Of a stretch of 64,000 bases of DNA, positions 57,318 through 64,000 are shown piece by piece; within the stretch, counting starts at the first letter, position 1; each line of letters starts with the position of its first letter. The stretch comes from a virus (taxonomy: Duplodnaviria > Caudoviricetes): positions 49,898 to 113,897 of IMG/VR virus record IMGVR_UViG_3300014204_000127. One strand, written 5' to 3'. Position numbers and translations under genes: made by a program. The notes under the pieces were generated by a model. It did no database searches and had not been told where the DNA came from. It saw nothing but the letters and a program-made list of their open reading frames with translations.

Positions 57318-58108
57318 ATTAAAACACTATTTAGTCTATCTTCAGTTATCTTTAAATACGATTCATTTATTTCAACACCTATAAAATTGCGATTGTTTAA
57401 TAATGCCATTTTTCCTGTTGTACCCGAACCCATGAAAGGGTCGAAGATGGTATCATTTTCATTTGACCATGATAAAATATGGTCTTCAACAAGTTTTTCT
57501 GGAAACACCGCAGGATGCCCATTCTTAACCTGCCCTACTGAATATTCCCAAATATTTGGAAGAATCTTTTCTTGTCCAGTTTCCCTGTAATATGTCCTGT
57601 CCTCAACTCTCATAGACTGGGACATATCAAGAAGTTTTCGTCGTTCTTTGCCATATTTTTCCATTTTTCCGGCATATTTACATGGCATTTTTAAGGGATT
57701 AAATGTCTTGGGTTTGCCTTTTGACCACACAAACATATACTCAAAACACTGTTCATATCTATTGTGTGTCAGAGGGACATAGTTAATTTTTCTATATATC
57801 ATTGTGTCATGCAGATTCCATCCAACTTCTTTTGCATAAAGGGCTTGCATAAAACTTGTACCACTTTCACAACCATTTTTTGTAGAGTCCCCTACAACCC
57901 AAACCACAGTTCCCCCTGTTTTGGTTATTCTATAAATTTGTTCAATGCAAGGCTTCCAAATAAGTTCACCCCACGTTTTATCTATGTCTTTTGCATAGGA
58001 TCTCAATTGGTCATAAGGGGGTGACGTAATAGTTAGGTCAATACTACTAGCATCCATTTCTTTCATTTTGCTAACACAATCACCCAATATTAACCTATAA
58101 TCACACAT
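57293..58108 (-). CDS. DNA methyltransferase (N4-C/N6-A, beta class); C-terminus altered by the mini-IS
   Basis: TSPPY, HPAVFPE, DPFMGSGTT. Confidence 0.92.
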   Translation of the reverse strand: MCDYRLILGDCVSKMKEMDASSIDLTITSPPYDQLRSYAKDIDKTWGELIWKPCIEQIYRITKTGGTVVWVVGDSTKNGCESGTSFMQALYAKEVGWNLHDTMIYRKINYVPLTHNRYEQCFEYMFVWSKGKPKTFNPLKMPCKYAGKMEKYGKERRKLLDMSQSMRVEDRTYYRETGQEKILPNIWEYSVGQVKNGHPAVFPEKLVEDHILSWSNENDTIFDPFMGSGTTGKMALLNNRNFIGVEINESYLKITEDRLNSVLISSARNPQ

Positions 58109-58110
58109 AT

Positions 58111-58857
58111 TTAATCTACCCTCTCTATTCTTTCTTTAGCATCATTATAGTATTTTTCACACAATTCCACACCTATAAAACCTCTATTTAATTTCTTACA
58201 AACAACTCCAGTAGTTTCACTTCCCATGAAGGGGTCAAGAACTGTATCATTTTCTTTTGAAAAATTAAGTATAATAGATTCTACTAACTTTTCTGGAAAC
58301 ACTGCGGCATGTCCTTTTATCTTGGAAGTACCTCTGTTTATTCTTAAAATATTCTGCATTGTGCCCCTATCAAAAATAGCATTTTGTATAACTCTTCCGG
58401 CTTTTTTATCATTTTCTAAAATAAGTATAAGTTCATAAGCACTATTCAACACCTTTTCGTGCATAGCAGGTTGTCCAAAGCCCTTGTCCCAAACTATAAT
58501 ATCTTTGATGTCCTTATTAAAATCACCAATTAGTTTAAAAAATGCTTCTTTACTGCCTGTAACTATCTGAAAATTATAGGCAACTACTTTAGATATTCTA
58601 AGCATTTCCAAAAGACATGCCTTATGAAATTCATAAAATTTATCTATTGGCAGGGCATCGTGAAATTCACTGTATTTCTTACTAAAATGTTCAGATTTTT
58701 CTCTAGTAGTATACTTACCATTGCATATTCGTGTACGCATATTGTATGGTGGGGATGTAAGAACCAAATCAACTTGTTTATCTGGGATAGTTTTCATCAC
58801 ATCAAGACAATTTCCACATATCAACTTATATTTTTCAGTATTTATAATATTTTCCAT
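58111..58857 (-). CDS. DNA methyltransferase (N4-C/N6-A, beta class)
   Basis: TSPPYN, HAAVFPE, DPFMGSETT (FxGxG third Gly replaced by Glu). Confidence 0.88.
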   Translation of the reverse strand: MENIINTEKYKLICGNCLDVMKTIPDKQVDLVLTSPPYNMRTRICNGKYTTREKSEHFSKKYSEFHDALPIDKFYEFHKACLLEMLRISKVVAYNFQIVTGSKEAFFKLIGDFNKDIKDIIVWDKGFGQPAMHEKVLNSAYELILILENDKKAGRVIQNAIFDRGTMQNILRINRGTSKIKGHAAVFPEKLVESIILNFSKENDTVLDPFMGSETTGVVCKKLNRGFIGVELCEKYYNDAKERIERVD

Positions 58858-58878
58858 AATTTTTTAATCCAGTAATAT

Positions 58879-58907
58879 ATTCTACCACATATTGTTCAAA
58901 CTGTCAA
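58879..58907 (-). promoter_or_regulatory. promoter TTGACA-N17-TAGAAT (TGTGG before -10)
   Basis: Intergenic consensus match. Confidence 0.65.
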
Positions 58908-58915
58908 GAACTTTT

Positions 58916-59803
58916 TCATGCCCCCACCATTTTCTTGATAACCTGTGGACACTTATCCTTTGTAATCAAATCACTTATTAGACTTCTGGGTGAATAACTG
59001 CTTCTATATGTATTTTTAACAGCCTCTAACAAACACCTAACAATATCATCCATTGACACAGTATAATACATCGAAAAGCTATCATGTGCCTTTTTACAGT
59101 AAACTGCGGCAAGCCTAAAATCATTGTACATACTGTTGGATGAGTTTAATCCATATTCTTTTCTACCCAAGAACTCTTTTGCATAGGCATTAGCAATTTT
59201 AATAGTTAGTTCAGGATTATCATCTTTCACATTGTTTTTCATAGCCCACCAACGCTTTTCAGTTATTTTAAGCAAAGATGTCAAAAATGTGATAAGAGAC
59301 TTGTAAGCATAGTCAAACCCATTAGAAATATTAATACCTCGCTTACATGCAATTAAATACTCATCAATAAAGGACTTAAGTTCATTTAGATTATATTTTT
59401 CAAAAACCTGTTTAAATGTTGTAATATTTTTGATAAGCTCGTCATACACAATAGGGTTGTTTCTGTCACTGGCCTCAAACAAAGATATGACAGGATGTTC
59501 ATTCCAATAACGAACAAGGCTCTCATAATCTGGATGAACCTCTACTTCCTTTAATTTCTTTTTGTGTTTTTTCTTTCTTTTAATCGAAATATGACAACTT
59601 CCAACAAAATCCTCTGAATTTAATAAGGCGTATTTTGCCTTATCAGTGAGCTTTATTTGAATATAGAAGTTGTTGTCATCAATAGAGTTAGATTCAGTAT
59701 TAGAATTACTTATATCACCATTAATATTCGGCGGGGAGTCCGTAACATCATCTTTTATGGGTTCATTCCCAGTTTTATATGTAATATCATCTTTTTCTAG
59801 CAT
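58916..59803 (-). CDS. hypothetical protein (possible replication-associated protein)
   Basis: 295 aa; first gene of the leftward arm; no recognised motif. Confidence 0.65.
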   Translation of the reverse strand: MLEKDDITYKTGNEPIKDDVTDSPPNINGDISNSNTESNSIDDNNFYIQIKLTDKAKYALLNSEDFVGSCHISIKRKKKHKKKLKEVEVHPDYESLVRYWNEHPVISLFEASDRNNPIVYDELIKNITTFKQVFEKYNLNELKSFIDEYLIACKRGINISNGFDYAYKSLITFLTSLLKITEKRWWAMKNNVKDDNPELTIKIANAYAKEFLGRKEYGLNSSNSMYNDFRLAAVYCKKAHDSFSMYYTVSMDDIVRCLLEAVKNTYRSSYSPRSLISDLITKDKCPQVIKKMVGA

Positions 59804-59810
59804 GTTTTTA

Positions 59811-59838
59811 ATAATAACACAATTTTTTTGATTGTCAA
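59811..59838 (-). promoter_or_regulatory. promoter TTGACA-N16-TATTAT
   Basis: Consensus match; -10 very close to the ATG. Confidence 0.55.
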
Positions 59839-60697
59839 GAAGAAAACAATAAAAATTTTAAGGTGTTTCATGTACAAAATAGAAAATGCAATAAAACACA
59901 TTTAAATCATTTCTAAGCCTATCAATTTTTAAAACCCATAGTAAGACACCTTTTTTTAATCTTCGTTGATTCTAAGTATGTTTTTGTGTGTTTACAATAA
60001 AGTCAGTTGTATGTGTATAACACTTGTTTTTATTATAATGACTTTTAATGATTTTCAACCCACTAAACTTAAAATATCTTGTTTGTATCATGCCGCTATT
60101 CCGGCGTTAGCCGAATGCGGCGGATTGTGTAGCGTAGCGGAACAATCTTCTTCTCTTTTATTTTTTAGTTTGTTTTGTTTGTTTGTTTTGGTCTACTTCG
60201 TATATGACCAAAATCAAGAAAAATTTCTTATACTTCTTTATCTTGATTTTTTTTGTGTTAAAAAATTTGATGTCGGCATTATACTTCTTATTTTTATAAT
60301 ATATATATTTTTTAAAAAAATGCCCCACTCTCCAAAAGGAGAGGTCTTTAAGGATTTTTAGCTATTTTTAATAATCTTATGTAATTCTTATTCAATATTT
60401 TGTAAAGTTAGCCAATTTCTTTACAAATGTTCTACAATCATTCACAACATTACACATACTTAATTTAAACCTTTTTAACTTTTTTATTAACTTAAACAAT
60501 TCTTTTTTTAGAGTTTTTATTCTATTATACTTCAGAAAAATGAAAAAAGTAGCAATATTTTTCTAATATTTAAAAATTTTATATAAGTAAAACTTATAGC
60601 GTGTTAGGGTATATACTAACATCATATACCCCTTTTTATTATTATGTTAGTATTATGTTAGGTAGTATAATCACCTTAATTTTTATATATTTTTTAC

Positions 60698-60725
60698 TTG
60701 ACTTTTATTTATAATATGGTATATT
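60698..60725 (+). promoter_or_regulatory. promoter TTGACT-N16-TATATT (extended -10)
   Basis: Directly upstream of the 60733 ATG. Confidence 0.6.
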
Positions 60726-60732
60726 AATATTC

Positions 60733-61218
60733 ATGATTAAAAACAAAGAAACAAATGATAGTAAATATGATGAAAGTGTTGAAAAAAGAACTAATACCAC
60801 ACACATTATAAATAAGAATAATATTAAGAAATATGTATTGGATAGAACCAGTACACTTCGTCCTTTTTGGGGATGTAGTCGTATTTCAACTGATTTTCTT
60901 GTGCAGGTTGAAATAAAAATAAAGGGACTTATTAATATTGCTGTTAACAATCACTCTGATACTTCTGCCAAAACATTTAATCCATGGCCTGCAAGAGAAG
61001 CACCTAACAAAGTTAAAAACTGTGATTTCATAAATGTTTCTAAAATAAAGAGATATACAATGGATATGCTACATAAATATCGTCCAGAACTGAACATAAC
61101 TCAAATAAGTTCAGTATTTTTATATGAACTTAATAACCGAGTAGAACATATTTTAAACTCTGCTGTAGATAGTCACCCATCCATAGGAAAGACGTTCAAT
61201 CCGTGGGGAAGTCTATAG
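60733..61218 (+). CDS. Putative tandem (doublet) histone-fold protein
   Basis: Two ~60-aa repeats: IN..(N/K)IK.Y...RP.....(R/Q)IS..FL.......I(I/L)N.AV..H....KTFNPW. Confidence 0.62.
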   Translation: MIKNKETNDSKYDESVEKRTNTTHIINKNNIKKYVLDRTSTLRPFWGCSRISTDFLVQVEIKIKGLINIAVNNHSDTSAKTFNPWPAREAPNKVKNCDFINVSKIKRYTMDMLHKYRPELNITQISSVFLYELNNRVEHILNSAVDSHPSIGKTFNPWGSL

Positions 61219-61234
61219 TATTTCTTGAGGGTAT

Positions 61235-61975
61235 GTGAAACCAAGATTTTTATCAATACATGATTTTATAGGACATAAAATGCAACAAAATAAACAAAAC
61301 AACGTACATCAATTAGAATCCCAGTCAGAAACACATGATATTAACTGTATTAATGCTGTTATCAACTTTGAATATGTTAATAGGGATATAAAATATTCAG
61401 ATTATTCAAAACTTGTGGAAAAGGTTGCCCATGATTTTATTAAAAAAAATAATGGAATGCGAGAATTTATAACAGTTGACGACCTGATATCAGATGGGTG
61501 GATTGTATTTCAAAGAGTTTTAAAAAGATTTGATCCAAGTAGGGACATAAAGTTCTCTACATACCTTTATTCAGCACTTGAAAATAGATTTAAGGCCATT
61601 ATTACTAAAGAAGTGGAAAGAAACTTTGAGTTTACCAACTATGAGTGTTTGTATGGATATTCATTGGATGAAAAACAGAGCAGAGATGTTTCAAAGGGGC
61701 ATTCTATTGACATTCTTGAATCGGAATGTGTTATAAAGAATTTAAATGCAGAGTCTAAAGATGTTTTTGAAGAGATTCAGAACAATCCTGAATTTTATAG
61801 AAAATTAAGTAAAAAACACAATATTGACAAAAAAGCAGAAGTGATATCAGATTATTTTAACATATCTATGGAAGATTCAGTAGACATATTAAAAAATCTA
61901 ATAACATGTATTGGGGCTAAAGTTGACCATAAAAATGTTTTACCAACTTCTGAATATCTAAACAACTATCTGTAA
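61235..61975 (+). CDS. Phage RNA polymerase sigma-70-like factor
   Basis: LVEKVAH...DDLISDGWIVF.RVLKRFDPSRDIKFSTYLY..L.N.F (region 2). Confidence 0.82.
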   Translation: MKPRFLSIHDFIGHKMQQNKQNNVHQLESQSETHDINCINAVINFEYVNRDIKYSDYSKLVEKVAHDFIKKNNGMREFITVDDLISDGWIVFQRVLKRFDPSRDIKFSTYLYSALENRFKAIITKEVERNFEFTNYECLYGYSLDEKQSRDVSKGHSIDILESECVIKNLNAESKDVFEEIQNNPEFYRKLSKKHNIDKKAEVISDYFNISMEDSVDILKNLITCIGAKVDHKNVLPTSEYLNNYL

Positions 61976-62330
61976 CAAAGGGGCATATAAAAAGCTTATA
62001 TAGTTCTCTTTTATATTTTTCATTGTATTTAAAGATATTTACCAAGTGCTTGACAATAAGATATTTATAGTCATATCCTGTTTTAAATTCAGAATATAAC
62101 ACCATTATTGCCCCTATTTCTATATCTATTTTATCTTGTGATGTCATAGAATAGACTGGAATAAGAGGGACATTTGGCACAGTTTCCTCATTTTGTTCTG
62201 GTATATCAGATGTTTCGAATGCCTTTGGTTGATGTATTTCCTCAGATTCATCAGATGTCACATTTGTCACATTTTTTGATATGTTATTTGTGACACTCTT
62301 TTTACATGTTTTACAGGGTTTATTTGCCAT
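61917..62330 (-). CDS. hypothetical protein
   Basis: PCKTC N-terminus; convergent overlap with the sigma gene. Confidence 0.6.
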   Translation of the reverse strand: MANKPCKTCKKSVTNNISKNVTNVTSDESEEIHQPKAFETSDIPEQNEETVPNVPLIPVYSMTSQDKIDIEIGAIMVLYSEFKTGYDYKYLIVKHLVNIFKYNEKYKRELYKLFICPFVTDSCLDIQKLVKHFYGQL

Positions 62331-62674
62331 TATTCATCTTCCTTTAAAATATTGGCAAGTATAAGTACATCTAATACCTTGCTTTGCATGAAGGACAGAC
62401 GTAGATTTCTTACTGTGTTCTTGATATCAGGCCAGTTTTCTGATTCTTCTTCTGCCTCATATAGATTGCCAATTATTTTAAGATATTGCAGTTTTTTGAC
62501 AACAACATTTTCTTCTTTTGTGTACTTTTCATACAGGGTTGTCACTATTCCTATATGTTTATTAACACAATCCAAACAGGAGTCCCTTGTAAGCAAAGGG
62601 CATGTTTCAGGGTTGTTCTTGCAATAGCTTCCGTGAATTAGGCATTTTGAGTAGTTTATGTAATTACATGGCAT
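62330..62674 (-). CDS. Cys-rich hypothetical protein
   Basis: CLDCVNKH motif; AAGGA RBS. Confidence 0.65.
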   Translation of the reverse strand: MPCNYINYSKCLIHGSYCKNNPETCPLLTRDSCLDCVNKHIGIVTTLYEKYTKEENVVVKKLQYLKIIGNLYEAEEESENWPDIKNTVRNLRLSFMQSKVLDVLILANILKEDE

Positions 62675-62745
62675 AAAATAGTATTCCTTTCTACTATATT
62701 ATATCCAAAAAATGAAAAAAGTTTTAAATTTTATGAATTTTTTGC

Positions 62746-62774
62746 TTGACAAACTTGAAAATATGTGGTAAAAT
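62746..62774 (+). promoter_or_regulatory. promoter TTGACA-N17-TAAAAT (TGTGG before -10)
   Basis: Intergenic consensus match. Confidence 0.65.
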
Positions 62775-62820
62775 GTATGAAAATTAGGTTAAAATATAGG
62801 TTTATGAAAGGAAAAAGAAA

Positions 62821-63066
62821 ATGGAAAACATGACTGAAAAAGAACAGGATATTTTTAATCAACTTCTTAAAGTTGATATGATTGATTATATGGATTTTAT
62901 GGATGGGGAAGTATCTTTCAATTCTCTTTCCCCCTTTGTAAAACGAAAACTAAAGAGATATTCCGTCAGATTTACAAAAACTGGAGCATGTGAACACCAA
63001 ATAGATTTATATCATTCTCCAAAGATGCTTAAAAACATGGCAAAAGAAATGGCTAAAAGGATGTAA
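62821..63066 (+). CDS. hypothetical protein
   Basis: GAAAGGA RBS. Confidence 0.65.
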   Translation: MENMTEKEQDIFNQLLKVDMIDYMDFMDGEVSFNSLSPFVKRKLKRYSVRFTKTGACEHQIDLYHSPKMLKNMAKEMAKRM

Positions 63067-63067
63067 T

Positions 63068-63391
63068 ATGAAAAATAAAGAAATAAATAATATGTTAAAG
63101 TGTGGGAAATGTGGACAATTGGTTTTAGGTATATATGAAATAAATGAGAATATATCTACAAGGTCGGAATATGGACACCTGAAACAAATATTTAAAAAAT
63201 GTAAAACATGTGGACATCTTCAGGAATTACACCCAAAAGTTGTGGTGGAATTTTTTCAAAAAGTAGAGGAGTATAAAACTTGTGATACATGTTTATATTA
63301 CCGTAAGGGACGTTGTGTAAGGAATGGTATCAATAGAAAATCGGATGATTATTGTCCTTTTTGGCAGAACTATTTGGATGTTTTGGAATAA
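63068..63391 (+). CDS. Cys-rich Zn-binding protein
   Basis: CGKCG, CKTCG, CDTC..C..C. Confidence 0.65.
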   Translation: MKNKEINNMLKCGKCGQLVLGIYEINENISTRSEYGHLKQIFKKCKTCGHLQELHPKVVVEFFQKVEEYKTCDTCLYYRKGRCVRNGINRKSDDYCPFWQNYLDVLE

Positions 63392-63421
63392 TCTATACAC
63401 GTATTGATAGGTTTGTAAAAT

Positions 63422-63634
63422 ATGGTACATTCATTTAACAGGGGGCATGAAATTATTTTTATTGATGATAGTTGGGTGTATAAAGATAATGGTCTAGAAC
63501 TGTATGACAGAGAGTGTAAAAGATGTGGTAAATATCCTACTAAGGATGGATATGATGCCTGTGTTGGTAAAATAGATGGAGCAAAAAGTGCTTGTTGTGG
63601 ACATGGTGTTGAAAAACCATATGTTATTTATTGA
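63422..63634 (+). CDS. conserved small Cys-rich phage protein
   Basis: CKRCG....DGYDAC.G......ACCGHG. Confidence 0.7.
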   Translation: MVHSFNRGHEIIFIDDSWVYKDNGLELYDRECKRCGKYPTKDGYDACVGKIDGAKSACCGHGVEKPYVIY

Positions 63635-63646
63635 AAAGAGTTTATA

Positions 63647-64000
63647 GTGAATCTAATTCAAATGTATGTAGAAGAAATGCAAAAGACCAATAATATAAAT
63701 ATAACTTCAGGTCTTAAAAAAGAGGGTATATCACTAGACTGGTTTTATACTCTGCCTGATAATACTGCCAACGATATGGCATGGGGTTTGGATAATCTGC
63801 ACTTTATGTTGTATGTTATGATATTATATAGTGGATTGATGTCTATGAATACTGAGAATATAGACGAACATTGTGACGATACTATAAAATTTTATGATAT
63901 GCTTGAGGAACTTGTTACTCTTTATGATAATAAAAATGATGTTATAAATATTATCAAAATAGCAAGAATGTATAGGAAGTATGTTTCATTTGAATCAGAA
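63647..64000 (+). CDS. partial hypothetical protein running off the window
   Basis: Open frame from GTG 63647 / ATG 63662 to the end. Confidence 0.55.
   Translation, partial: MNLIQMYVEEMQKTNNINITSGLKKEGISLDWFYTLPDNTANDMAWGLDNLHFMLYVMILYSGLMSMNTENIDEHCDDTIKFYDMLEELVTLYDNKNDVINIIKIARMYRKYVSFESE

Larger units (their letters stand above)
59804..60732. other. Large AT-rich divergent intergenic region, candidate replication origin
   Basis: Coding-strand switch, divergent promoters, isolated GC-rich hairpins at 60092-60147. Confidence 0.5.

Noticed and set aside
59966-60361. 131-aa hydrophobic ORF in the divergent region
   Set aside because: TTG start, no RBS, composition explained by T-rich non-coding DNA.
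1-64000. Stop-codon reassignment (as in some large phages), prompted by the TAA at 36-38
   Set aside because: Long conserved genes are intact in the standard code, and TAA, TAG and TGA all end well-defined genes.

Overview
AT-rich segment of a large lytic dsDNA bacteriophage genome (standard genetic code; no structural genes in this window). Almost all genes from ~950 to ~59800 lie on the minus strand. A ~0.9 kb AT-rich divergent region follows (candidate origin), and then plus-strand genes. Main modules: (i) accessory/metabolic genes: CoaE-HD-CoaD fusion, SpeD, BCS1-type AAA ATPase, deaminase, Mom-like GNAT, dUTPase, small HD hydrolase, NADAR, phosphoesterases, and a tRNA-like gene with an abnormal anticodon loop; (ii) class III ribonucleotide reductase NrdD (with an intein) and NrdG, suggesting an anaerobic host; (iii) a glycosylation/modification cluster (radical SAMs, methyltransferases, NeuA-like, DUF115/Maf-like, GT2, GT9) mixed with lipoproteins; (iv) recombination and replication: split SbcC, SbcD, RecA, UvsY-like, SSB, SF2 helicase, DnaB-like helicase, primase, UDG-fused family A polymerase; (v) several DNA methyltransferases. 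The most notable observations are a tandem histone-fold (doublet) protein beside a phage sigma factor and the candidate origin; a 254-bp tnpB-less IS200/IS605 mini-element keeping both ends, a promoter and an omegaRNA-like segment, whose removal restores a methyltransferase reading frame; a TnpB with an apparent RuvC-I Asp-to-Gly change packed into the replication operon; an IS607 remnant carrying an MT-A70 passenger inside a Dam-like gene; and several single genes bracketed by direct repeats of RBS/gene-end sequence. All family assignments come from motif recognition by eye, not database searches.
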